Positions 12,934 to 26,659 of a DNA stretch of 64,000 nt are shown piece by piece. Position 1 is the first letter of the stretch. Each line of letters opens with the position of its first letter. The notes beneath the pieces are model-generated. The model had not been told where the DNA came from, searched no databases, and saw nothing but the letters and a program-made list of their open reading frames with translations. Position numbers and translations under genes: made by a program. This DNA comes from Leucoraja ocellata (Eukaryota). The stretch lies in NCBI GenBank assembly GCA_036785375.1, contig JAWMAR010000148.1:4278001-4342000 (forward strand), written 5' to 3'.

Positions 12934-13177
12934 CTATAAACAAATAATCCTCAATTCAGAACAGATAGTTTCAAACAAGAAGTTGCAATTCTCAAAAGAA
13001 AAATCAAGTGACTCATTTCAAAAGCATCAATTTCAACAAACCCATAAAGAAACAAAATTCAACAAATGAATAAATGAGTGATTTACCAGTCTGAGAGATA
13101 CGGGTCCTAATCAATTAGTGCTACACCATGACCTTGATCACAAGTCTTTAACTACAGGAATGTGTAAGAACACATAC

Positions 13178-13336
13178 CATGTAGGGTGATGGTGCATTAT
13201 CATCAGAGACACTGTAGAACCAGACTTCAACTGGAAGAGTCATGTGACTGGGACAGAACGTTCCACTTGCTCCCACCTCGGCTGTGAAACCATCAACTGC
13301 TCCTAATGGTTCCAAGCGGAAATTCAAGATAGATTC
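13178..13336 (-). CDS. ATOSA: ATOSA coding exon, DUF4210/Atos conserved domain: ESILNFRLEPLGAVDGFTAEVGASGTFCPSHMTLPVEVWFYSVSDDNAPSPYM
   Basis: 159 nt, acceptor gttctag, donor GTATGT, phase 0/0. Hallmark GFTAEVGASG.FCP and DDNAPSPY motifs. Confidence 0.97.
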
Positions 13337-16300
13337 CTAGAACGTTAAGATATATCAATGTTAAGAGTCGCAACTCACAATATTTTTTTATTTCTTCTGT
13401 ATATGGATTCATAGAGCTGTACAGTACAGAAACAGGCCGATTGGCCCACCTTGTCAATGCTAACCAAGATGGCATTTTGGGCTGGTCCCATTTACCTGCA
13501 TTTTGGCCCATATTCCTCCAAACCTTTTATTTCCATACTACGGCTTTTTAACAATAAACCACAATATATCTGATTCTTGCTCCGGTCTTGCAAACATTTA
13601 AATATCCCATTACTTGATGAGACATTGGTATAACAAATCTATTTAATACTCACCACTAGTAATACACCATGTTATGCTTCTCATACTGCGCAGAGTTCTC
13701 CAATTTCAGGCAACCTGTTCTCCCTCTGCCCCTTTTCCTCTCTTTCTGATCTACCCAGGTCGTCTCACCCAATCCCTTCTTTTCAACCCCACTTCCAATC
13801 ATCCAGTTCCCTTTCCCTCCCCCACCCAACCATTCTTTTGTATCAAAAGAATTTACACAAGACTTCAAATATAATGTATTCAAAATTCTACTCTAAAATA
13901 AACTATTTACTATAATATTAAATACCCAAGGATAAAAATAGTCAGTGCTTTATTTGTGATGGTACGTGTTGGTACAGTGTAGCGGCACCCCTCAAATTTT
14001 TGTAAAAGATTTTTACAATTTTTAATATTACAAAAAGATTGTTAAAGTTTAAAAAATAACATTTATTAATTTAATTTGGCAGGCAGGTCCAAAAAGAGCT
14101 TAAACAGGATATAGGACGACAATCCACTAAACCAATAGAAATGGTCAGTTTACAGTGTTTAATTTGTAACTAAGGTGCAATTAGATGTAGACCGAGCATT
14201 TTCCATTTTTGCTTAACAAGTACTAATATTGTGCAAAGATTGCAATGTTAATCATCGTTCAATGAAAATGCAGCAGGCTCATATTTGGTTAAATTAAAAA
14301 CATTTGCTCAACTGAAGACTGAATTGAATCGAAACTGATGCAATTAGGTTCCTTGGTACAATATATGTTCAATTATGATTTTTGTTGGTACTGTTAAGGC
14401 CTTGCAACCAATGAAAGGATCTATAGGTGACACTGCCTCAAAAAGGCAGCCAATATCATCAAAGATCCACACCACCCTGGCCATTTCCCTACTACAATTG
14501 GGAAGAAGGTGCAGGAGCCTGATAACCGTGACCTCTAGGTTCAAGAACAGCTTCTTTCCAGCAACTATCAGGCTCTTGAACACTGCATAACACTGCCCTC
14601 AGCAACTATGATCTTATCTGGACTATGTCCTTTGTGACATGATGGACTTTGTTTTTTTGCATTATTTTGGTTGCCTATTATCACAGTTATTAATTTATTG
14701 TAATTTTGATTATTATATATCTATTTGCGTATTATTGCAGTTACGGGCCTGTTAAGCTGCAGCAAATAAGAATTTCATTGTTCTGTTTTATTGGCAATTA
14801 TAATTACAACATGACATTAAACATACTTGACTTGTTTAGAAGTTCAAATACTGTCCGCTATTGCCATATTATCCTGTAGCACAAGACCCAGGAACTGTCT
14901 TCACCTATAGTTTATAGCTTAGTGTGGGCTCTCACCGGTACTTTAATCAATTGTAATTTTCTCATGAGCACTTTAAGTGGATGAAAGGTGAATGGTTTAA
15001 AAGCCCTGGTACACTGATCTGCTTTGTTTTCCTTTTGCTCTCATGAGAAATTAACATTTCAAAGCCTCATTGTTAAAATAAAATAATACAAATGTAAAGG
15101 TGGCTACAACTAACCAAGAAATTAACCACAAAAATAATGATGCAAATAATGTTTTAAACCGTTTAGCTTACTAAGGTTTGGTTCACATTAATGTAGGTAA
15201 AAAAAAACGCATGTTGGCTCCAATTTCATGGTTTCATAAATTAGTCACGTAAAATGAGTAATGACCTCATCAGGTTATAAATATCTTCTGGGACATTTAA
15301 TTTCGTAGCTTCCTTGTTACTGATGTTGGTCGAACATCCACTGACCATGAATTGAATAGATGCCATATAGTATGCAATGCTTTTATTGGGACCTATTCTT
15401 GACCAGTCACAGTTCTGCTGGCAAGGTTAAACAAAACAAATTGTAGAGTCAATTCGCCAACTGGAAATATAAATAATTAGGCTATGGTATCATTATTACC
15501 AATAGATTTTGTATTAAAAAAAAAGCAAAATATATGTATCAAAGTAAGACATGAACAGAATCTATAAGGAAAAAATAAATCTACTTTTGGGCAATTTGAT
15601 GCAGGGAGACATTTATCTGCCATGTGGCATAATGACAGAGCAGGAGAAATGGGACCAAGTTAAAGTCCTTGCTGAAAGCAAACATAAAAGCATAATTGGC
15701 TGAATGTCCTCCAATTGTAGTGTAGAATATTTCATACACTATTTTCTACCAGATTTTTTCTCGAATCCCTATCTAGTCATGGAAACATTTTAATTCCTTC
15801 GAGTTACTGTAAATTCTGAAAAGGTTTGGGATTCTCAAGAGTGGCAATTGTTTTCAGTCACAACCATTGTATTTTGATTAATAAAAATGTGCCCGTATGC
15901 ACACAACGTAAAAGTTTAAAAAAAAAGGCAGAAACAAGAAACCGCAGATGCTTGTTTACAAAAGATAGACACAAAGTGTTGGAGTAACTCGGTGGTCAGG
16001 ACGCATCTAAAGAACATGGATAGGGGACCTTTCAGGTGGGGACCCTTCAAAGAAATTGAGAAATTAGGAACTGCAGATGGTGGTTAACAAAAAAAAAGTT
16101 ACATTTTCCAACATTTTTTCCCCATCAAAATCAAAATTTCTTTTTTGAATTCGTGACCAATCAACTAATTTAACAAATGAAGAAACTAATAACTAAAAAG
16201 TAAATACAATTTCTAAAAATCTGAAAATCTACTTTGTAACCTTATATAAAGTGCACTGCACTGATGAGTAATGTCACAAATAAAACACTGGTCACAACAG

Positions 16301-16555
16301 CACAGAGCAATATAATTTTTGAAAATTGGTGTGATACATAATCCAAATTCTGAAGGAAGAGTTCTCCGAGTCTTCTTCCATAAACTCCTGTGCTCTCCAG
16401 TTTAAATATAAACTACACCAAACATTCAGCAACTCATCAGTGATAGCTGTGGCACAGCTGGTTATCTTTAAAACAGCCATGCGACCTGTAAACTTGCTGC
16501 CACAGCAGATCTGTGAAATAGTAGATATGAATAAGTCCAAAGAGTCTTTAATTCT

Positions 16556-16860
16556 TTTAGTTTAGATTAGAGATACGGTGAGGAAATAGGCCCTTCGGCC
16601 CACCGGGTCCGCACTGACCAGCGATCCCCGCACATTAACACTATCCTACACAAACTTGGGACAATTTTTACATTTACCAAGCCAATTAATCTACAAACCT
16701 GTACGTCTTTGGAGTGTGGGAGGATACCGAACCTCTTGGCAAAACCCCACGCAGGTCACGGGGAGAACGTAAAACTCCGTACAGGCAGCACCCATAGTCC
16801 GGATCGAACCCGAGTCCCCGGTGCTGCAAGCGCTGTAAGGCAGCAACTCTACCGTTGCGT
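16556..16860 (-). mobile_element. tRNA-derived V-SINE (HE1-like)
   Basis: Homologous to 290-563, with B-box GGGTTCGATCC and CCTCCCACACTCCAAAGACGTACAGGTTTGTAG. Confidence 0.87.
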
Positions 16861-17006
16861 TCTCATTCTCATACAAAAAAAATCTTGAAACCCAAGAACA
16901 ATCCTTCTATTGAACAAATAAAACCCCCTTTCAAATGGCCTAAACACTGAATCAATTGTTTAACCTTTTTCTTTCTGGATGATACATATGCATTGCTAAT
17001 CTGTAC

Positions 17007-17112
17007 CTCAAAGTTTCCAAGCAGGCTGAGACTGGTTGCTGGTGGAGCACTAAAACTCAGGAACTGCTTCCCTTGGTCAGCATCATTCTCTGGTCTTAAA
17101 TACCTCCTCTGG
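17007..17112 (-). CDS. ATOSA: ATOSA coding exon: QRRYLRPENDADQGKQFLSFSAPPATSLSLLGNFE
   Basis: 106 nt, acceptor ctttatag, donor GTACAG, phase 2 in and 0 out. Conserved SAPP.TSLSLLGNFE motif. Confidence 0.95.
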
Positions 17113-17564
17113 CTATAAAGAAAAGAAAACACGTCATAAAACCAAGCAATTTGGCCTTTTGTTCAGTGGAGTCAACATCACAAAGAACCAAATCAATGAA
17201 TCATGTAAAAGCTGTATAAATGGAATATATTGTTATAAATTAAATGCAAGAAACAACATTAACCCTTAATTAACTCAAATAAATGGATACTAATATCTCT
17301 AAATCCTGGGTTTTGACATACACGTCTCTCATTGAAATGGTTTCTCACAATCGTGAAATCAGTGTAACAGAAATGACAAAGATTAGAATATGCCACCTCT
17401 ATACAGAATGGTTTTCACATCCCCTCCTCTAGCTTGCAGTTCTTTCCATTTCTGTACTTCAACTTTTCACTGGGGATTCTTATGTTGGTAATGAGCACTG
17501 TTATTTTGCACAAATACAGGATCAAAAACAAAGTGCCTCAACATGAGAGGAAAACACTGCTGGC

Positions 17565-17583
17565 TTGCCAGCAGATGGTGCTC
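17565..17583 (+). promoter_or_regulatory. Candidate CTCF site
   Basis: GCCAGCAGATGGTGCT closely fits the CTCF core CCASYAGRKGGCRS. Motif match only. Confidence 0.45.
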
Positions 17584-18317
17584 AACTCCATTCATTGGAC
17601 TTAAAAGCCAAGATATGAACCTAGCATTGTACAATCTACAATTGTAGATTATAGGAACCTAGCAATTGTAAAATACGGAGTTATCGTCTTAATACTGATT
17701 TTAACAACTGCATGAAGTCTCTCCCTAGAAAGAGGATATATGCGGATCTGGGTAAAGTTTGATGTGGGCTTTTTAATTTAAAAAAGTGTTGCAGGTTGCA
17801 AATGATGAATTACATTGTAATTTATCCAATAAATGTGAATTTTGTACTTGGGCACTCGCAGATTAAAATATGTCACAATGGCAAAAGTGGAATCAAACAT
17901 TCCAATTAAAATGAATTGGAGCGTAACAAAAATAAATCTCAAAAACATGAGTTCCATGGCACATACAACTGTCTGGGTAAACCATCCTAAAAACACCATT
18001 CCACTTACAGCTTTGTTTCAGTCTCTTGACTAGAAATTGTGTCTTGCTTAGGGCATTTAAGGAAAGAAGTCAATAGAGTGAAATCACCTCAGTTAAAACA
18101 ATGATATTTGTTTTGAACAAAAACAGAACATAGCCAACTTATGTAATCGGCAATTGAATCTTAAAACATTGTAAAATCCTGAAAAGCAATTCATTAGAGT
18201 TGATGAGTAAATTGCCAACTAAATTTGGTTTGCATCTGTATCAAAAGACTGACACTTGATTACTGTTGAATGCCACTTGTTTTTTTTTTCAAACTGTAGA
18301 AACAGACACAGAAATAC

Positions 18318-18397
18318 CTTTTGCAAGGTACCCCTTTTAGTCTTTGCAATGAAGTGTCCAGGTCAAAGTATCCCGATTGTTTTTTTCTTGGTGGAAC
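18318..18397 (-). CDS. ATOSA: ATOSA coding exon: VPPRKKQSGYFDLDTSLQRLKGVPCK(S)
   Basis: 80 nt, acceptor caccaag, donor GTATTT, phase 0 in and 2 out. Resembles FAM214A VPQRKTQSGCFDLD. Confidence 0.9.
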
Positions 18398-21300
18398 CTT
18401 GGTGTACAACAAGATAAATTCTATTAACAATTAAGATATGCTGATTTACAGACTCTGACACTAAACCACACCTATGATTGTAACAAACAAAAATGTTCAA
18501 CAATAACCCTTAGGTAATACCGCAAAAGACTTTTAGATAATAAGGAAATTAAGAAAGATGGGGTTAGTGTAGGAAAACAGGGTTGAGGTAAGAAAATTAG
18601 CCATGGTCTTATTGAATGGCAAGGCTGCATGATCTAATAGTGCTTCTATTTCCTCTGTGTTTTATAATCCATAAAGATTATTTTCTAATGCCATTAAAAA
18701 TGGCCCAAACATGAAGTTTACTCGCAATTGGAAGCACAACCAGATTCCACAGCAGGAACAGCACGCTTATATTTAAGTTTAGTTTGAAACCTATATATAT
18801 TGAAATAGAGCTTTCAATGGTACTTTTATAGGAATACAGATGTAGGTCATTCAGCTGTTGTCATTCAATTAGATCATGGATTATCTGTAGCTCAATTCCA
18901 TTCACCTGCTTTTGATCTCTGTATCTGCGAATAGCCTTAGCAAACACAAATCTGCCAATCCTCTACGTGGAATTTTCAATTGACACAGCATTATTAACTG
19001 TTGCAGGGTGGGGAGGCAGACTGAGAGAGTTCTGGATTAGTAGAGTGAAAAATAGTTTTCTGATTGCAGCCAATATAATGTAGCTCAAATGCAAAAAATT
19101 CTCCTGTATTCTGGATTTCCCTCACAGCCTCTCTGTGTCTGTTTTACTGAATCCCATTACCATTTTAAAGACTGGGTCAAATAATTTATAAAATGTATTC
19201 CATCAGTCCACATAATGCAATTGTTCAAGTCCATTTTCCAGTCTGGTGAATCTGCACTGCACTCCTCCATAATGGTCACATATTTCTGAATAAGTGCATA
19301 AAACTAAAATGAGTTCTCCAGACTGAGGCGAACCAAAGCTCTGTACACCTGAAATATCTCTTCCCTATTATTGTATTCCAAGACTCTTGAGATGTTGCAT
19401 AACATTCTATTAGCCATTCCATCGGTCTACAAGAGACTGCAGATGCTGAAATATTGAGCAAAAAACAAAAGGTTGGAGGGTTGGACAGATAATATTTTGG
19501 GTCGGGACCTTTCTTCAGCCTTCTTGTTCATCTTTTGCTGTGCCGCATTATTTTTAACTGATTATTTGCAAATGGTTCATCGAATTCTTTTGTTCCTCAG
19601 CAACACTTGACCTCTCACCATTGACATGAACTGAATTCTCCATCTCGGATCCAGAATGGATATAATCTCATATCGCCCTGCACTTATTTCTATAAGCCAT
19701 ATTTTTATTAACTCATTCAATATTTCTTCCTACTTGCATTTACATGTTACTTGTAAATGTGACTTGTTATTTATAAACATAACCTTTTGTTCCTTCATCC
19801 AAATCATTTACATAAATATGGTGAAGTGTTATCGCTGCAGACCAATGTCTTGAAAAAAAATGATTCATCACATCTTAATAATTACAGAATTGCCATGACA
19901 CAGTATTGGAAAGTGGAATTAGAATAGATGGGTACTTGATGCTTGACGTGAACATGCTGGGCTAAAGGGCCTATATTCATGCTGTATGATTCCATGAGAG
20001 CATTTACATTCTATTTTAAAGTTAATTGGCCTCTGCAATTTGGTCTTAATGTGGAGAGAGTGGATGTGAAAGTGGGATATCATCAAATTAGTGTGAATGG
20101 GTGATGGATGGTCAGCATTGACTCGGTGGGCTGATGGGACTGTTTGCATGTCAACACTAATTAACACAAACAGGTAGAAATCAAAGTCTTGTGTATCTTT
20201 GATCCTAGTAGTTTCTCCATCATCAATTTTTTTTGTATGAAATCCAGTTAGCTCACCAAGACCAGCTTATCAATCCAAAGAGTCCTGACCCAAAACGTCG
20301 CCTCTTCATTTCCCTCCACAGATGCTGCCTGACACGCTGAGTTCCTCCAGCACTGTATGTTTTGGCCAAGGTTCCAACATCTGCAGTTCCTTGCATCTCC
20401 AAGCTCACCTCTAGAGGTCTTGTTTTTGGTTCCCTTAGATTAATAGCGTTCTATTCTCTTCCCCTATGACAATTATTTTTACCTATAACAAACATGTTAC
20501 TGGCATGCCTACAATGCCTTGTCTTTGTTGTCTCAACTGCAATTGTTTTAGTGCATCAACATTCATCTTTATCAATCCTCTTCTCTTCATATATTTACAA
20601 ATGGATGGCTATCGCTAGTATGTTTACAACTTCTCACAATTAACTTCTGCTAAGTTGACTGTGAGCTGGCTCATTTATTATCCCATCAAATAACACTCTT
20701 CCTTCATCCTCTCAAATTTAATGTCAATTTCAGTCAATTGCTCATTTTAAGATAGTTGTCAGATTTTTAATGGATTTATTCTCACCATCGCCGTCATAAA
20801 CATTTAGGTCAAATCTATTTCATTGTCGCACTAAAGTACTACAATCGACAAACCTACCCTGAAAGCATTCTGGGAACGCGTCATTACTTCCGTAGTTCAC
20901 CTTTAGTGAAAAGTAAAGCTCTTGCCAACCGCATTGTCTTTTTTGTTAGAATATTCTATGCTCTCTATATTTACACATGACCCAGTAACATAACTCGTAT
21001 TAGGAGATCTAAGCTCTTACAACTATTTTCTTTTTTCAAATTAGATCAAGGACATTAATTTATTTAAGCTTACAAGCAACTGAATATTACATAAACCTTT
21101 CACAGTAATCTGCTTCACCCATTGCACATCACAAGTTCATTCACCTAGTTCTAACTGGATTGACTGAAGAGGCAGAATTCAGTATTAGAATTATTACCTG
21201 TCAAAAAAGATTCGTTCAATTATTCTCGGAGACTGGAAATTGAGGTACCTCACCATGCAATTGCCTGCTCAAAAATGCTGAAAACAGCAATGGTGAGCAT

Positions 21301-22394
21301 TTCAAAACTTTTAAGAGTTGAAACCAAAATTACATCATGTTTGCTTGCCAAACATAAAGAGGATGTCGAGTTTAATTTCCAGACTTTGATAAACAACCAT
21401 AGCGGCATGACTCATAAATATCAAACGTTGTTAGCACTGACAGCATAGATGAACATTGAAAAGGATATCCACCAGAAAAAAACACTATATTTATTCATGA
21501 CATTCAAAACCATGGCTTTACACAGTAACACTGTTAAATTATGCTACTGTGAAACAAGTTATTGAAGTATATGGAGGAAAAAAGTTGCTATTTTCCTATC
21601 TGACCAAATTCAATATAAATGTAATTGGTGGCAATGGAATTTAAATTGTTCAAATCTCACTTCATTGGTTGTAATAAAATTGCTTTGTTCCACGTAACTG
21701 CGTCACTTTGAAAGTTTTAAACATTTTAAATTCCCCTTGGTGAACTAAAGCAAAGAGAAGGATCCACATGAACTTTCATGAAACTAGAACCAAACTAGTA
21801 AGCACGTTTCATGGGATACTCAGGATGTAGAATACAATTTTAATATTATCTAGCTGAATATAGTATTTCAATTATAGAGTCAGATGGCATGGTAACGGGT
21901 CTGTTAGACCCACTTGTCCTATTTGCCAGAGTTTGGCCAACATCCCTCCAAACTTTTCCTATCTATGTTACTTGTTCAAATGTCTTTTAAATGTTGTTAT
22001 TGTACCTGCCTCAATAAGTTCCTCTGGCATACAGTCACCACCCACTGTGTGAAAAGGTTGGCCCTTAGGTTTGTATTAAATTTTCCCCCTTTCCTCTTGA
22101 ACCTATGCCGCTAGTTCTTGATTCCTCTATGCAGGGAAAAAGACTGTCCATTCACCATATCTATTCCTCTCATGATGTTATACATCTCGGCCTCGTGTAC
22201 TCCTTGCCAGCCCGATCTTTCCTCATACCTCAGCCCCTCGAGCCTTTGAAAATCTTCTCTGCTCTCTTTCCAAAGTAATAACATATTTTCTATTGCCATG
22301 TTGTAAAACTTTCATAAACAGTCAAAAGTTGTAAATTATATTCTTACTGAAAATATATATTTGTTTTATTCTACCATCAATGCTATTAACTTAC

Positions 22395-22523
22395 AGGACT
22401 TGAATGTAAGGGTAATCCAGTACATGGATGAAAAACTTTTGTTGAAATCCCATCTAACGAACGGCGATTCTGTTTCTTCCAAAAGTTCACAGAAGGTCTC
22501 AGAGGAGATTTTGAAAAATTCTT
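22395..22523 (-). CDS. ATOSA: ATOSA coding exon: KNFSKSPLRPSVNFWKKQNRRSLDGISTKVFHPCTGLPLHSSP
   Basis: Acceptor tttttcttgcag, donor GTAAGT, 129 nt, phase 0/0. Motif SLDG...FHP.TGLPL.SSP. Confidence 0.93.
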
Positions 22524-24227
22524 CTGCAAGAAAAATATTTATTATTATCTTTATTTCAAGTTTTAGAGCAGGATATTTTTTTAAATGTCTTTATTGGGAC
22601 AGCGTGTTATGCAGGGATATTGCAACTTAATAACAAATGCTATTGCTCTTTATTTGAATTTACAACTCTCACTATAACTCTTTTGTTTACAAGCAATAAA
22701 TACAGTGAGCTTGAGTAAGATCAAATGAGTCTTTTGTCCTTGTGAACAAACAGCTGAAAAAAACGAACCAAAAATGCAAGAGTGGATAGGAATTATTATT
22801 ATTATGAGTGCTAAAATTGGAATGTTCATGCTAGGACATGATGTGGTGTGAGGTTGATTTTAACGAAAACTGAGTAGTTTGGGTTGGATGCAATAAGATT
22901 TCTCAGACCAAACCCTCAGTCCACACTTCTAGAATTAGTGGAGGGAGAATGAAAAATAGATTATCATCAGATGGCAAATGGGATGGGAAATTCCAACCTT
23001 CACGTGGTCCACCCTGTTTCGACTAATGTAATCAACCCAGTGTGCACAAACTAGATCAAATAGAACAAGTTGACCTACAACTTTAGGCTGTGGACGCCAT
23101 ACGCAAGAAGAAGATGGCAAATTTGACCCATTTTGGCCAATTGGACGAGTTTTCCAGGCCACTTGAAAAGTGGTGCTATTGGGAGTCAAAAACATCTGGG
23201 TCTCCAACAGGCTTGTGTTTCTCAGTGTCTTCTGACTCACTCACTGAATCCATCTTACTTGCCTCTCAACAGCAACATAAGCCATCATTTCCTATTGACT
23301 AGACCTATTTGATCAACCACCCGTCTTCTTGAAATTTCCAATGTCATTGCCCTCCCTCTTTCTCTCTGCATCCCAGCTAGGGTCCAATGATACAGGGGTC
23401 CCTACCGACAGCCTATTACACCTCAATCTTAATATCTGCAGTTGGGAAATAAAAGCAAAAAAAAGTTAAAATCAGGATTTTTTAAAATCCATTCGTGAAA
23501 CATCCTTGGTAATGCCATGATTTATTCTCCTTTGCTAATCAATCAATCAGTTATGATCTTTTCATTATAGTGTAGACTCAATGATGATTGGGATTCAGCC
23601 CTCGAATATCTAAGTCCACATGCTTTAACTGTGTATTGCAGTTCCATGACTGAGGGTGGAGAGATTTTGGATTTAGAATGAGGATGATGTAGATTTAGCA
23701 GTTTCCCATTTATCTTGTCGATCAACTTCAATGTAGTTCCATTTTCTATTAGTCATTCTATTTCAGTGGGATGCTTGCTGAAGATGAAGTATAGTTCAGT
23801 GAGACTGAGGAAATAGTTAGGGTGCTGTTCAGTCTTCCAAACAGCATTCCCCTCTGAGAGTGGGCCTTTTAAAGACTTGGCTCACACCAAGGCTTGTATG
23901 CCATCATGCCATCGAAGCAAGTGCAGACAATTTTTTGGAGGCAACCTTATCGTACAATGATGAAAGTAAAAGATTTTCAGAGGTCATAAAACAATCATAT
24001 ATTGTGGCTAATTCAGTTTCCGATATTTTTTTGGGAGTTAACACGTGGTGATGATCATGTCCTTTGTGTCTCCATATAGAAAGAACATAATTGGATAGGT
24101 AAAATTCACAATGCTATTCAGGATTGTAGCTCTTTTGATACTCCAGAGGATAGAGGACGACCCTGGCTATGATTGTTTCTCCCCTGCAGTAGACAGCATG
24201 AACCCTCTGTTGTTACCTCAATTGGAT

Positions 24228-24782
24228 AGAAACATAGAAAATAGGTGCAGGAGTAGGCCATTCGGCCCTTCGAGCCTGCACCGCCATTCAATATCATCAT
24301 GGCTGATCATCCAACTCAGTATCCTGTACCTGCCTTCTCTCCATACCCCCTGATCCTTTTAGCCACAAGGGCCACATCTAACTCACTCTTAAATATAGCC
24401 AATGAACTGGCCTCAACTACCCTCTGTGGCAGAGAGTTCCAGAGATTCACCACTCTCTGTATGAAAAATGTTTTTCTCATCTCGGCCCTGAAAGATTTCC
24501 CCTTTATCCTTAAACTGTGACCCCTTGTTCTGGACTTCACCAACATCGGGAACAATCTTCCTGCATCTAGCCTGTCCATCCCCTTAAGAATTGTGTAAGT
24601 TTCTATAAGATCCCCCCCTCAATCTTCTAAATTCTAGCGAGTACAAGCCAAATCTATCCAGTCTTTCTTCATATGAAAGTCCTGACATCCCAGGAATCAG
24701 TCTGGTGAACCTTCTCAGTACTCCCTCTATGGCAAGAATGTCTTTACTCAGATTTGGAGACCAAAAACGTACGCAATACTCC
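24228..24782 (-). mobile_element. CR1-clade (HER1-like) LINE 3' end, relatively young
   Basis: ORF 24316..24579 reads TRGHSLRIKGKSFRAEMRKTFFIQRVVNLWNSLP (CR1 ORF2 C-terminus). Tail (TTTCTATG)n. Confidence 0.92.
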
Positions 24783-24961
24783 TATGTCTCCTTTCTTGGA
24801 GATGGTCATAATTGTGGGATTTGAGGTTCCCAGGCATGTCCTCCCCTTCCCGGAAGTGAGAGATGAATTTGCAAATGTGTAACTGAAGATTCTCTCTGTT
24901 CAAGGTTTTACTGGTTTTATCATTTGCCTGCTGGCATCTTGTCAGTCTGGGATGGATTGCT

Positions 24962-25328
24962 GTCGGATAGAATTAAGGTGAAAGGACTGGACAAGCTAGA
25001 TACAGAAAAAATGGTCCCAATGTTGGGGGAGTCCAGAACCAGGGGCCAGTCTAAGGAGGAGGCCATTTAAAATGGAGATGAGAAAATCTTTTTCACCCAG
25101 AGAGTTGTGAATTTGTGGAATTCTTTGCCACAGAAGGCAGTAGAGGCCAATTCACTGGCTGAATTTAAAAGAGTTAGATAGAGCTCTACCGGCTAGCGGA
25201 ATCAAGGGATATTGGGAGAAGGCATGCATGGGTTACTGATTGTGGATGATCAACCATGATCACAATGAATGGCGTTGGTGGCTTGAAGGGCCAAATGGCC
25301 TCCTCGTGCACCTATTTTCTATGTGTTA
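24962..25328 (+). mobile_element. CR1/HER1-like LINE 3' end
   Basis: TTCACCCAGAGAGTTGTGAATTTGTGGAATTCT...GAAGGGCCAAATGGCCT, the reverse complement of the neighbouring copy. Confidence 0.9.
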
Positions 25329-26659
25329 TGAAATAGTCATGGGTGAAGAGTTCTTCAAACTGTTCCTTCCCCTTTCCCAGTGGGTAGTAACTCTCTATTT
25401 TCGCTCTTGGTTAACTCTCCTCCATTCTTTGGACAGCAGTTAGACCATTGCGTGTGTTTACTAAATGTAGTAATGACACAGTTGAAGAATATGCACTTCA
25501 TGGTTATCAGCAAGTTCCTGGGCATCCTTGCATTTGATCTTGACATCGTCTGATTTGATGATTGGACATACTCGACCTTGACAATAGGCCAACCTTTTCT
25601 CGCAAAGCCACCAGCCTTGTTTGGAATGGCCAGCTTCCACCACTGGGACATGTGAGTGCAGGCACAAGTCTTGCCTTTCCCTCAACAGTGTGCCCATGGC
25701 CACCTCATGCACTTTAATGAAACATGGGAAACTGTCCTCTAAATTTGAATCAAGTGGAGATGGATGTGATGAGAATGGTAAATACATTGATTTCATTCTA
25801 CTTGATTAATTACATTTATTTAAAATATTGTTTTTAATGGCATGTTTTTTTTTAAAGTAATTTATTGTAAATTCTATTTTTTTATTAGAAAGATTTAACA
25901 CATGAGCAGTCTTTGTGAGTATTGCAGACATTCCGAATCGTTCAATCTCGACCACCTTGGCAGCAGCTGAGCCTGACGATGGTGTGGACTCATTGGCTAT
26001 CAAGGCCATTTTTGACCTTGCTGATCACCTGGTCTTCCACAGCTCCAGCATTTACCTGGGAGCTCACTTCAAAGACCGGCAAAGATCTGGCTAATTGTTG
26101 CAAACACTGGAAAATATGTTTCATGCGACCACTGATAGATATCCTTCAAGATAATAGTCATTTTATTTTGTACATGTGCATTTGTAAATTGCTTGAGAAA
26201 ACTGATGGACAGATAGCTCTCACATGTCAACAGGTTGCACTTGCTTTGTCTTCAATAGTCCAGATGTTTCAGATTATTTTCAGTACAATTCGAAACAGCT
26301 GAGATTTCTGAATCAAAGTTACATTAAAATAACTCAATGTCTAACCTCTTCTTCAATCCACTTGTACTTACAATGTCACAGGCGAAATGTGCCAAGCAAG
26401 CCCAAAATGTTGTGTGAACCACACTTAAGTACTTTAATAGCAACAATGACAATTACGATAGCACTCTGAATTAATTGTGTTGCAATACTACATCTGCATT
26501 GAAAATACAATTGTATGAATATAAACAGTTTGTATTGAAAATGTTCTTAATTCAAGAAATTTAAAACAAATGGTCACCAACTTGTCAACATTCTCAAGCA
26601 ACCAAAGCAGTTCCATCTACAGTTTGACTTTAGCTTTTATGACGGTTCTTCAAGTCAAC

